NCBI GenBank assembly: GCA_040954595.2
Contig: CM082578.2
Span: forward strand, 9,347,519 to 9,411,518
Reading direction: 5' to 3'
DNA length: 64,000 bases
Source of the DNA: Balanoglossus misakiensis
Lineage: Eukaryota; Animalia; Hemichordata
Shown: positions 41,056-54,235 of the stretch, piece by piece
How the letters are laid out: each line of letters begins with the position of its first letter
How positions within the stretch are numbered: the first letter of the stretch is position 1
Made by a program: the position numbers and the translations under genes
The notes under the pieces: model-generated
What the model saw: the letters and a program-made list of their open reading frames with translations, nothing else
What the model was told of the DNA's origin: nothing
Database searches by the model: none

Positions 41056-41759
41056 GAATATTTCAATACGTTTTACCCTGTTCCGTGTGATTCACTAACT
41101 TAGATACGCGGCCACGTAGAACTGGGGTACATAAACTAGCCAGACTCCCAATCACGGGAGCTGTAACGAAAAAAAATTGGAAATTGTTACTGGTAGGTAA
41201 ATAATAAGCCAGTAAATTGTGCTGACGAGTGATACTGGCGGATGGTCCGGTTATTTTTATACATTCCACGAATGAAAGCTAGGTCTGGTTTTGAAAATGT
41301 CGACTATTATTAGGCCTATCACCCCTGCCGTCGAACCCTTCCGCCCTCCTAATTTAGTTAGTTTAAATATTCAACCATTTCAAGTTCATATTTCACAGCT
41401 CTCTGTCAAACGTTGTACATTGTACTTTTAACTTACCACACAGTAACATAACTCGGCTCTGCGCACACGCGATGAAGAGATAGTAGCATATTCCGGATAG
41501 GAAACTGACTTGACTCATGCCAAGATCGCCAAGGCAACAGGACAGAAGCTTCCCTCCAACCAACAGACCTATAGGAACACGTGTCAAGACAAGGAAAATC
41601 CTGAGTTACCTGGCAAAGCTGTACATGTTGCCAGACTCTCGAAGTCACCGAATTCTGAAGCTGTTAATGCCGAGTAGTCATGTATTTCGCAACATTAACA
41701 AATTTAACGAGTTGAATATCTCCTGATTTTTTCCCTTTAACACACCTCTTTTCAAGTTT

Positions 41760-41844
<85 letters not shown>

Positions 41845-43001
41845 CCACCACCAACAATAACAACACCACCACCACCGCCATCACCACCGACCTTAGCGTC
41901 GTCGTCACCACGCCCAATGACCATTACAACGACAACCATGTTCGTGTTACCATCCTTACCTATTCCACTGGCCATCAACGCCACTGCCTGGTAGTAGCCG
42001 AAGTAAACAGCGTCGAAACAATACGGCGGCGCCATGATATACAGAAGCGTTATAGAGAACGATGAGGACAGAGCCGCGTAGATGAAAACCACCAAAGTTA
42101 CAAGGGCCAGTTGATAAAAATCTGCTCTCGGTCTGCTGGAGAACAAACGAGCTACATCTTGTAATTGGTCGCGAATGGAAATCTCCACTTTCTGGCGAGT
42201 TTTGGTTTCTTCAACCCAAACGATGATGTAAAAAATCGTAAACGCCATCACGCCGACTGACATCCACAGGGGCGGGATGAAGCCGGCTTGTTCGATCCAG
42301 TGTCCAACCCCGATCTGAGAAAGAGAACCACCCAGATAGGCGGCAGTGTCTACAATTATGAGGCGCATTGTCAACTGTTCCTTCGTGGTTGTGTCTGTGA
42401 TGTATGCTGAGGTGATGGCGAAGACAACAGGGAGGCCTCCGCTGCTTCCGTACACGACCTCGCCGATGAAGATATAGGCAATGGGAAGGTCGAACTTTAC
42501 AACGAACAACATATTGGTGGTGTAGAACAGTGTTCCGACTATTGGTATCAGTAGCGGGAGCTTCCTCCCGCCTCCCCGCTCACTATAAGAACCTAAGAAC
42601 GAGGCCGAGACCAGCGTCAACAAAGACGAAGTGGCACCAAACCCGAGGGTCCAGTAAGATGAAATCGCCTGCACTCGTTGTCCGAGGACATAATTAGGAT
42701 CGCTCTTGTTAACGGCGCACACAGTCGACCGATTTTTCTCGTGTGATGAAGGAGTCGTGTAATTGAGTGACTTCCCCGCGGACTGCGTCACAAACTCCAC
42801 GCGCACCGAAACGAAGACTACCATGGCGACGAACGTTGTCAGGAAGACGACTGGTTCAACGGAGACGGCGCGGCGCAACCGGTCTCGCCGCCGAAGTTTC
42901 ACGACCACGGTCGGTAAATTTGAATTAACCGAGTGGCCAATGAGGCGATCGGTTTCGCTTTCTAGAGGCGGTGGCGATTTTTTGTCTTCCCTCAACACCA
43001 T
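40373..43001 (-). CDS. SLC46: SLC46-family MFS transporter, paralog C, 505 aa
   Basis: Exons 43001-41960, 41568-41437, 41160-41077, 40835-40679, 40475-40373, all GT-AG and phase-consistent. Same SLC46 motifs. AATAAA on minus at 40250-40255. Confidence 0.92.
41024..41052. repeat. (CT)n microsatellite in intron 3 of paralog C
   Basis: Directly visible dinucleotide run. Confidence 0.9.
41761..41851. repeat. (TCA)n microsatellite in intron 1 of paralog C
   Basis: Long pure TCA run grading into CCA. It produces the spurious poly-Asp and poly-Met ORF translations. Confidence 0.95.
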
Positions 43002-44911
43002 GGTGGAAAACGGACCGTCACGGTGCTATTTGGTCTCCGTGTCGGTTTGCCAAGCCGCTCTACACATCAACACCCGGCGTCCGTGAACGATAGTCAAATA
43101 ATCCCCCGTAAAGACTTTCCCCTTCTGTAGCTTGCTGGAGTGAGTGAGCTCTTATCAATACACCAATAGAAGCGACGTCATTTTGACAATTGAAGCGAGG
43201 TCGCTCTCCACACGTAGAGGTCCACGTGAGAGGCACACGGTGTCCTTTAAATTTAATTAAACACATTCCCTCTATTCGACAGATCTGACTTCGTTGATTT
43301 AACTATCCACATTTGCAAGACTGTCCCTGTCACGCAAAACTTCACTTTGCCTAAAATTTGACTGGCCAAGTTAACACCATTCCCCCTTATGAGGTGTGTA
43401 TGCATAGGTATGATCATTATTTGATCGACATAATAACACACCTAAAAACTTTTTAACAGTTTTTTTTAAAACAAAAAAATGAAAACCACAGGAAACGTCA
43501 GACTGTCAGCAGTCAGTCCTCCACGTGTATATACTTTGTCTGAGAGACACAGACACTATTCGACACAAGCGACACGTACGTCGGCAGTCTAAAAGCAACC
43601 GTGGACGTTCTCTAAAATAGACCACACTGGCACAGATGTCTGCGTTTGAGAAAAAACAAACATAATTTTAGACGTTAATTAAATTGGTGGCCCTGACGTC
43701 GATTGCAATTGTCGAGAGATTGCTATTAAAAAGGTGTTGTGTTGATCTGAATACGGTGCACCGTGTCGTGTTGGGGGAGTCAGAGACACATCGGAAACCT
43801 TGCACATCGTTGATCAACATCATTAATGCAAGCCTGTACATGAATGTCTTTCTCAGGTATATGAGTGTAGAGATCACACTTTCCCCCGGGCCCTGCCACA
43901 AACATGTCAGAAAAATCTGCATGTGGTTTTCTTGGCTGTGTATTCCATGAAAACAATCACAACGGTTTATAGTAAATAAAACTAATATGCCCCCCCCCCC
44001 ACACGATCGTTGGAAATCTTGCCAGGCAGTTCCGAGCTTGTATCTGTCATATACGTCAATCATTGACGTAATATCAGGCAATAACCCGTGTTAATAGTTA
44101 CCGATAAAGATGGACTGGAAAGACGCGGCTGTTGAAAATTGAGATCAATCGTAACCTATCACTTTCTCCTTATTTGTCACAAAATACAACTGGTTTAAAA
44201 TCAGTATCCGCTTGTGCGGGTCATTTGCGTGAAACTGCTCTCTCTCTCTCTGTATGCTTACAAAACACCCATAGCCGTGTGCCACGCTTTTCGCTGCGGG
44301 AAAGCTCCATTCAGAATGCAAGAACCCGTGGTTGGCACATGATGCGGTTAATTGGTCCTTTTGTCATTTGGAATGAGAATGCTGCGAAAACATGTAAATG
44401 AAATTCAATGCCATAGTCCACAGTTGAGACACGTCTGGTGACTTGGACAGACAGAAGGATGGGCGGGGCATAATTCTAATGACATTTTTATATTTCATTT
44501 GTAAATGAATCTACCATTTGCACGGCAAAATATTTTTCTCATTTATGAAATTAGATTTTAAATGAGAAAATACCGAATGGTTGGTTGCATCATAGACAGT
44601 AGACGGGGCGTAAGTTTCTTGCTTTGGTCACCGACGGTTGAAATGTAACGAGTGGTCAGCGCACGCAACCTTGAGACAACTGTTAAAAGTTTACTTAGTA
44701 CAATGCCCATTGTTTCCCCTGTTGTTTCACAGTCCACAACCAGCAGCCAATATCGCCCGCTAGTCCTGAAAATGTTTGCGCCTTGTCTCACCATCCAGTT
44801 CGAAGTGCATCCCAGATGCTGATTCGTCGAGCCCGGGGGTTTCATTCACGGAACGACAGACAGACAGACAGTCAACAACCAGGCCGAGTCGATGTCGTCA
44901 CCTAGCTTGTG

Positions 44912-46196
44912 TTAGTGACCGGGCCTAGGACTTGATGTTTTTCGACCTCTAAACTCATAAAGTTGGAGGGCACTGAAAATAAGATAGCAATACCGAGTTT
45001 TATTGGGTTAAACTTCTGAATAACGAAAAATAAATATATATAGGAATGCAAAGGACGTGTGCAGCGTCAAGGGCACCAAAATCTTTCTAAAGGACTAGAA
45101 AGTGATACATCACTGGCCAAATAAAAGTTCCCCAAAATTAGAAAACAAATCAATAAATATACTGACCCTATCATGGCCGATGTCATCACCAAGGTAGAAG
45201 CAAACACAAGATACACCGTATTTGGCATAAACTCGACTGTCGATGCGTACACGTTGTTGAAGACGAGAGGTGAGACAAACAAACCGATTCCTTGTATTCC
45301 CCCGAGCAACGTAAATATCACACCTGAAATAGTATAGATGTGGGATGTGGGTAAGAACATGGCACATAGTGCAAATACAGACAGAATACATACATATACA
45401 CACGTATACACAGAGTACGTTTAGAATCTAAAAAGTATTTCAAGTGATCGATGTCGCACCGCCACGCTTTGAAGATTGACCGCAACTGATTTATACAAAA
45501 TGGGGAAAAGGAAGTTTCAGCTTTGCGCTTAGGAATTAAAATGTATGTAATGTATTTTTTTATTTTGAAATGTCGATATTCGACACTTTCTCGTGGACGT
45601 ACCCAGTTCTTCCTGTTTTACAAGCTTGGACACACGACCGCGCAGAACGGGAAAAGTTAAACCTGATAGACATCCTACCAATGGCGCTGTAAGAATAACA
45701 CACGAGGGCAATATCAGTTAAAGACATTATCGGATGTGGCGGCCAAAGGGATTCAGTTAAAGATCACTAAAAATTGACTATAGATAGTGTTCCTGTTGCA
45801 ATATGATAAATAAAAGCCGCGTTTGTCTTTCGAAAAGCAAAACACCTTAGTCTGCAAGTCTTGTCTTTGGATGCGATTGTGTGTACCCTTTGGCGTACGC
45901 CCTCAGCATGTATACATGTACTGTGTATCGTGTAGATACTAGTAGTTATTTGGAACTCACCAGCCAATATCATCCACGAGTTCTGCGCAAACGCAACGAT
46001 GAGGTAAGATCCAACACCGGATAGGAAGCTGACCTGCACAATACCAAGGTCACCAAGGCAACACGATAGAAGCTTACCACCAACCAGCAAACCTGTAAAC
46101 AAACAAACAAACAAACAGGCAGTGATACAAATAATAATTTAAGTTATTGCGATATGTAACTGGTTTATTTCCACCAGCTTTGAACTCATTATATCG

Positions 46197-46231
<35 letters not shown>

Positions 46232-47413
46232 GTCGTCGTCGTATGCAAGGATTCGTCAAGATGAATACGTGCCGTTGCGACACGTATGAGAGAGAAGAAC
46301 ACGGACCTCTCACGATAACGCAGTAAACATGATAAAGTTACTCCCACCGCGCCTCTTACCGATTCCGTTTGCCGAAAATGCCACTGTCTGGTAGTAGCCA
46401 ATATCCACGGCGTCGAAACAAAACGGCGGCGCTATGATGTACAACATGGTTATGACCGAGGACGATATCAGCATCGCCGTGAGGAAAAACACCGAAGACA
46501 TCACCGCCAGTTTGCTTGCGTCTCCCCTCGGCTTGTTGGCGAACACCGCAACGGCATCTCTGAACTGATCGCAGGGGGAGATGTCGACCCTTTGGAGCGC
46601 TTTGGTTTCTTCGAGCCAGGCGACGATGTACAGCACCGTGAGGAGGGTAACACCGAGAGACATCCACAGAGCAGGGAGGAAGCCCGCCCGCTTTATCCAG
46701 TATCCCACTCCTATCTGCGAGACACACCCGCCCACATAAATCGCACTTTCCGCGATTATTATACGCATTGTCAGCTGTTTTTTGGGGGTTATGTCCGAAA
46801 TGTACGCAAATGCAATGGCGAACGTGGTGTACAGACCGCCGGTGGCACCGCGCAAGATTTCTCCAATGAAGAGATACGGAACGGGAAGATCAAACATGAT
46901 CACGACCAAAAGATTGACAATGGACAGCATCAGTCCAACGATTGTTATCAGCAGGGGCCGTTTCCTCCCACCTCCGCGCTCGCTGTAAGAACCAAGAAAT
47001 AAGGCGGAGAACAGCATTAGGAGAGAAGAAGTGGCGTCCAATCCGAGCGACCAGTAGGAAGAAATTGCCTGCACTCTTTCTCCGAGGAGATAATTCGGAT
47101 CGCTCTTGTTAATCACGCAGACACCCGATTCATTGCTGTCCTCTCCGTGAGTGGTGTAATTGAGCGACTCCCCAACGGCCTGCGTCAAAAACTCCACGCG
47201 CACCGTGCCGTAGGCGAGCATAAAGGCGAAAGTCGTCAAAAAGACGACGGGTTCTACATTGATGAGTCGGCGCAGTCGCCCCAGCAGTCCCGGTTCGGCG
47301 ACCGCAGTCGAGAGACCAGAATCTGCGGCCGCATCACCGGAGAGCAAACGGTTCGTTTCCTTGGCTATGTCGTCTCCAGCTGTTGGCCACTTGGACCTCT
47401 CCTGCACGGACAT
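44912..47413 (-). CDS. SLC46: SLC46-family MFS transporter, paralog B, 495 aa
   Basis: Exons 47413-46360, 46092-45961, 45686-45603, 45323-45167, 44972-44912, phase-consistent. Motifs NVEPVVFL, GSYSERGGGRK, YISDIT, LRGRVSKLV. Confidence 0.9.
46198..46241. repeat. (CAT)n(CGT)n microsatellite in intron 1 of paralog B
   Basis: Directly visible trinucleotide run. Confidence 0.9.
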
Positions 47414-50400
47414 TTTCGCTGGTGTTCATGGACAAAATCGTGGTTGTTATGGACTGCAGCTGCGGAAGGTTATCTCCGACAGTGCATCAATCTTCACGGA
47501 GACAAATCTTTTCTCCTCTGTAATGGACAACTCCTCCTTCACAGAACAAAAGAAGCCCTCTGGTTGACCCATGGATGATTAGATTGATCGATGGCCTTCA
47601 CGTCCGTTAGCAGTTACTGGTTACGTAACAACTGATGCCATCACATGATCCCCTTCCGCCGTTTATGCGTGACAGAGAAATTAATCATTATTGCAAATAT
47701 AAAAACGTATGGTTCTACCAATATGTGAGCTTAAGTGTCTTATCGTCATAGTCAAGGCTAGGTGAAGAATTTCATCCTTTTGCAATGCCATATGGTAAAT
47801 CCATTGTCTTGTCAATAAAAGACTATAGAAAGTTGCTTATTTCTAGTCCAATATCTGGCCGTATTGTGTCCGCTTTGCTTCCAAAACCTAGCTAGTTTTG
47901 GAGGCAGATCAGACAAAATATGGCTAGAAATGTAGCAGACTACTTATTTCATTCACGCATGCATGTATATGTACGTACGTACGTATGCGTGCACGCACAC
48001 ACCCACGCACAGGCTGATACAGACAAATGATCACTTATTCCACAAAAGCTCCTGTTGTTCTGTACACAGCACATAGCAAGTGCCGAGCGGCTGACAAATT
48101 TCATTCATTGCAGTACACTAGGTACTTCTATTTTTCCATTTTTCTGTTGAGCTGGTTCCGTTTGGAATGGTCTGATTGGCCAACCTTTTTAACTTACTCC
48201 ATACAGAAAGAGGTGCATGAGAGAAATCTTTCGTATGCAACTCATACAGACCCAATTTTGGGTGAAATTAGAAGGAAAAAAATACTTCTATGGTCATGTA
48301 CATAAATGTTTATTCAAAATTGTAAAAAATATGAAGTTGATAGTCAGTAAACTATTTTAAGTGTCACAGACAAAAGGTGACCAGTTTACAAGGTATACAT
48401 TTACCTATGCAATATTTATTACCCACAGTACGGTCACTCCGAGGTTACCATGGAAAGCAGAGATCTACAGACAATCACCATTTTTTTCACCAGGTGGCTG
48501 CACAAGACAAGTGCGCCTCCACATGGACATTCGAAGACTCTGACACGCCCCTTTCACCCATATATGGGCATTATGTAAATTAGTAGTAAAGGTATTCCTT
48601 GAAGACATCGCAAGCTACTGCTCAAGTTATCAGCTTTTCAAAAACACATTTGATTTCTTTCGACGTAGCCTCTGAAATTGGACCACAGACAACTGCTTGG
48701 GAATGTTTGACTGGTCTGCAATGCCCAAAATAACTGGTCCAAAACCTGGGCCACCATATATTTCAGACTGAACACTGGTTTGTCCTCAGTCCCTCTATTA
48801 CATATAGAGGGCCTGTGGTTTGTACTTGTCCTAAGGGGTTTGAAATGCCCAGAATGGAAGTCAATAATTTACAAATTGTTGTGCACTATCTACTATCCAA
48901 TGGTAAATGCAATTACCCATATCTCAGAAAAACTTAACCAGTACAAGATATACCGTATTGTCAACATTCAACCACGGTTCTAGTAACCATGGTTCAACAA
49001 TGGACCAAGAGTTCTTTATCTAGATCAGAATACATACAGGTATTCAATGAAAATATGATCCTCACAGCTACTTCATAAGACAATAATATTACATATATAC
49101 ATTCAGAACTCTTCTTTGGATTTCCATCATATGATGTGAAACTGAACTCTCCAAAAGAATCCAGGAGGAAAAAGACTGTTTGCATTATCTCTCATAACCA
49201 AATGCACTCTTGTTAAAATCTTTGTTGGATAAAAACAATATTTCAAGGAAAAACTTGCAGTTTAAAAGAGTAACCGTTTCATTTCTTGGAAATTACAAAT
49301 GTTTAGGACATTATCTATTTGCATCAATGAGCGGCACTGGATGTCATTGTCTGTTGAAGAAATGTTATTCTCTGCACTCTACTATTAAGGTAGTGAGAAT
49401 TGTTTTGGAAGAACACGACAAATAACAGATAATGCAGGTGATATTACCATATTGAATGCCTGTTATTTTTAGAAAACCTATTAAAATCAGAACAAAGACC
49501 TCATAAATGACCACAGCATCAGTATACCAGTATATTTCACAATGGAAATGCTGTGAAAAATTGGAAGTGCTCCCCGCAGGCAAATCCACCATGTGCATAA
49601 AAATTCAAAGCCGACTATGTCAGTAAAAAAGTTGGGTAAAATGTCAGTATTGCATAAAATGTATAAAACTTACTTAAATCATCATGATCATCAAACATAT
49701 TTTTGGCAAAATTTAGTTCAATTTACTATATATTCAGTATATTATTGCCTGTAGAGTGCAGTAGCTACACCATGCATAGCGTAGGTACAGAAACAATTCA
49801 TTCACATCACTTCACTGCAGATCCTCTAAAACGCTAGGGCTAGTTGGGAAGTCAAATTACGACACACTGGTCTTTGAGGGTATGCAACCAAGTGGTCGAG
49901 TCTTTGTATCATACTGAGCAAACATAACCAAACGTCAAAACTTTCAGATTATGCACTCTCTCCATCACTTGGAGATAATCTTCTCAACCTAGCAGACTTT
50001 CAACAACGTGTCTTTTGGCTCTTCCAGCTGAACACAGAGATCATACTCGGTGCAGTCACTTCGTTGGAATTCAGATGCTGAAAGTCTTTATGTCATGGTG
50101 CCTTGCAAAACTTGTTTTGTACAATTAATATATAAAATACAATTTCAATGCATGATGAACAAAGTAATGCCAACATGCAGACATATTTTGCATCCATAAT
50201 GTAATAGTGTAACAGCCCACTTCTAAGAGTTTAGCAGGCCGGAAAAAAAAAACGAAAGAGTACTTTAACTTCCCCAGGTGAAAGGCACCATCATCTTCAA
50301 TTACAAGGTTTGCCACACAAAAAAGAAACAAGGCAAAACAACAATATTGATTTACTGTAACATGATTGTCTCTTTGCAAATCATTAGAGTGAATGAAAAA

Positions 50401-50717
50401 TACACGATTTATGTCTTAAACTGAAAATTGTTTACTCTCCAACTACCTCACATTTGTGGTAGTACAAAATGCCTCATTTGTTAAGGAAGAACGTGATCTC
50501 ACATTTATACCTGAGATACCTTTAAAATAATAAGGTAACCATATTAGAAGACTTACCAATCAACATTAAATCAAATCACTCGGTGATCAATTGTCTATAA
50601 TATCCTGTACTTTCTCTTCTTCATGATCCTCCACACACACATAGTACACACACACATGGACAACACAAACTTGCACTGAAAATCAGAACATTAAATCCTT
50701 CCCACTTGATTGTAGGA

Positions 50718-53102
50718 TCAGTTGACAATTCCTCTCTCTTCAGCCAATGGGTCTCTCTCCGGCAATGGCGTGTAGCCTGGCCTGGGTTCGTTGCATTGCA
50801 ATATTCTGAAGAAAAAGACATAAAATCAGTAAAATGGAATTATTTAAATTGAAATGAATGACCATGGGTAGCAGAAAAAGAACTTTTCTCAAGAAACGTG
50901 GTAATTCACATTGGATATCACTTTTGAATTTTCAAAATTTTGGTACTGTGGAAGTGGTTCTCTGGTTAAAAGAAATTTGAAGGAGGCAACACTTTCTTTA
51001 TTTTGGTTTTATTTTATTTCTCACTTGAAATCAGTTTCACATAATCCACTCGATACAAAGAACATGTGATCACTTAATCACAAACTTTTCATTGATGCAA
51101 GGATGTGATTACTTGATACCATGCTAGTGCCCACACATATTGACACTTACGCTGTGATAACCATAGTTGAGACCAGAAGGCAGGCCATGGTGAAGAACAC
51201 CAAACCTGGAGAAATCTCCACAGTCTCTGCATAGATGGTGTTGAAAATCACGGGTGAAAAACACATGCCTACGCCTTCAAAACAACCCGCAGTTGCAAAT
51301 GCAGTACCTGAAGTGGAAATACACAAGTGTTTATATTAAGATGGTCAAAAGAGTGAGAAAATAAGAGTGCTCTAACATATATAATGCTTGTGAAAGTGCA
51401 GCCACAGCAAATGCCACATCTACACTCACGAAATTTACCTGTGCAAGACACATGCAGGGGTCACCTGTCATGAACTCCAATAACTGGATGTCTTCTGCAT
51501 GGCCAGGTACCCACTTACCTTGTTCAGATTCTTTGACTAACTTGGAGACCTGTGCTCTAAAGATCGGTATTGCCAGGAAACTGCATGCCCCAACTGCTGC
51601 AGCTGTGTTACCAAGAGAGCAAATTATTAATATACAGGTGATTTTTTTATGTGAGTGTGCGGTAACAAAGTGAAATGCTCAAAAATTATGTTTAGTGTTA
51701 CAGTATCCGCCGGGGAGTGGACCAACCACTGTAGTTTACAGACCACAAATGTAATGTCTGATCTTTATTTTTCATGCTGAAAGTGGGATTATCAAATGTC
51801 GCCCAGTGGGAGCATGGAAAAGTTGATTTTACATTGTTTGTGGCTACTTGACTTACCAACGAACATCACGACAGGATCAGCAGCGAAGGCAATTAACATC
51901 AAAGAAACGATGTACGACACAATGGCGGACTGAATCATTCCCAGATCAGACAAACAGCAAGAAAGAAGCTTGCCTCCAACTACCATACCTGCAAAATGCA
52001 AAAAAGTTTTGAATGAAATTACAATGCATTTTCATGTACAAATGTATCAGGGAGAGTGCCCCCTGGAGATTTAGAACAAGGGTTCAGAATGCTAAAATTG
52101 GATCTACGTACCCAAGGCGTTGAAAAGCAGCGTGGCGGCCACGTAGAATCCGATCAGAATGGTTGACCAACAGAAGGGAAACGCGGTCACATAGAGAACA
52201 GTCAGGCCCAGTGCTGAGCTAACAACCAGTGTGATGATCACATTGTTGCTGAAAATAGCTATCAGTCGCCAGCGGCGGCCGTTGCTGTTGTCTCTGAAGA
52301 GTTGGTGGATGTCGAGCAGTTGTTCCTTCAGACTGAACCGGTGATCGGGATCGTAGATGACCGTCTCCGGGGTTAAAAATATGGTGTACAGAACGGTCAA
52401 CACGATTAGGACGAGCGACAGCAGAAACGGCAAGCCGAATCCTTTCGCGGCTAGAAGGAAACCGATTCCGATCTGGGAGAAAGACGCCGCAACTATGGAC
52501 AGGAATTGCACGATGACGATGCGGTACGTCCTCTGCTGCTTGGTGGTCACGTCGGCGATGCAGGCGAAGAAGCCCGACAAGGCAGTGAAGAAGTTGCCCG
52601 TCGCGCCGCGCACGACCTCCGCGATGAACAGATACCGCAGCGGCAGGTCCAAGTAAATGACAATCAAGTAAATGGCACAGTACACCGACAGACCGCCGCA
52701 GGGGATCATGCTGGCTATCTTGCGCCCAGCCTTGTCGCTGTACGAACCGATGATGGGCGCTGCGAATATCGACAGCGCGTAGCTCACCACGTCAAAGTAC
52801 AGGATCCAGTACGAGCTCTCGGCCTGTATGGCGTTGTCCAACTGGTACTCGGGGTCGCTCTTATTGAGCTTCTCGCAGGTCGTGTTGCGGTGCAAGAAGC
52901 CACCTCCTGTCGGGCTGATGGAGGGCGACACGCCGTGGCTCACGGACACCGAGTGCTCCACGTACTGCACACGGACCGTCACGCACGTTGTGTACGCCAG
53001 CATGAAGAGGAAAACGGCCGGTTCCACCGTAATGCAGCGCTGCACCCTGCGTCTGGCCACGTGTTCACCCTCCTCATATTCATCATGCTCGGGGTCCATC
53101 AT
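50718..53102 (-). CDS. SLC46: SLC46-family MFS transporter, paralog A (most divergent, likely ancestral-type copy), 483 aa
   Basis: Exons 53102-52112, 51988-51857, 51602-51519, 51307-51151, 50805-50718. The ATG-bearing exon opens at an acceptor (53133), implying an upstream UTR exon (candidate donor at 53924). Motifs TVEPAVFL, GSYSDKAGRK, IADVT, PET, FRAQVSKLV..EQG, C-terminal GYTPL. Candidate AATAAA on minus at 48309-48314 implies a long 3' UTR. Confidence 0.93.
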
Positions 53103-54235
53103 GTCGAACAGTCACTGAAGTCGGAAGACCATCCTATACATTGACACAGAGATTATTACAGCAAACAGACTCTTACATGCTTTTATAATTTAGCCATTAA
53201 CTGGCATTGTTCTTTGTATAACGGTACAAACTGGGATTTTTTTCCAACTTAAGTGATTTCAGCAAAAATCATAACACATTTTTAATGATTGCCATACAGG
53301 CAGCGAATTACACCACTATGTCACAAATTGATCATGAATCGATTCTTTGCGACATTAAAATCTTCAGCAATACATCGCAGTTATATACACACTGCCTCTG
53401 AATAATTGGTGAAAGGTCATATGAACTTTAAGAGATTCATATGATCAAACCGCAGCACATTTGTAAACAAAGTGGGCGATTTCATGGCCACAGGGGATCG
53501 TTAATACCAGCATAGACAGTATGATACCAGTGACTGTATCTAAATGCCACAAAAAATGGTTGGTCAGTTTTAGTTGCCTCAGATTAATACCATATCCTCC
53601 AAAATGACAAAAATCACAGGTTTTCCTGACAAATTATCGCCAACTAAAGAGTATCACTTTGAGAGAGTAACATTCCGTAACTATACGTGAAACTTCAATA
53701 AATATGAGCAACACTGGTGGGAATCTGGACATCATCTTTCCTTCCTAGTTACATTTTCTGGCCCGTCCCCCAAGTGAAGGTTATCGGTTACGTAAACGAT
53801 AACAAAACGGACACACAATCACGGGCGATCTGATTGTGTCGCTGCAAGGTGCTCAGTACTTTGACATTCTCCCAAGAAATGTTGACGTGGAAAACCTGAC
53901 ACAAGAATACACGCTAGTGTTACCTGTAGCTGAGCTTGGCTGCGTTGGATTTGTAAGACATTCGCTAGATATGTACACATGATACCGAAAACTTACTACA
54001 AAACAGTGCAGACCTGCACTGCAGTTCCACTTCCAATCCGAGTCTTCGGTGATCTCTGGGAGGAGTTACTCGATACAGTTTTCATTTAATACCGTACCAT
54101 GTCTTTGACTGGGTGCGTCTATCAAAGGTGTAAGGGTGGGGGGACTGTACGGAGCATGAAGATACGAGTATACATGTACACCTGCCGTCGATGTCGTCCG
54201 CAACGCGTCGACAGCTAGAGAAGACGGATTTTAAG

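Noticed and set aside
41664-41959. Poly-Asp C-terminus of the 445-aa ORF and the poly-Met ORF
   Set aside because: Read-through past the conserved G|GTAAGG donor into an intronic (TCA)n microsatellite.
38851-53144. Long alternative-frame or antisense ORFs (255 aa at 38851-39618, 212 aa at 52506-53144, others) over SLC46 first exons
   Set aside because: By-products of high GC3 in the real CDS; not conserved between paralogs.
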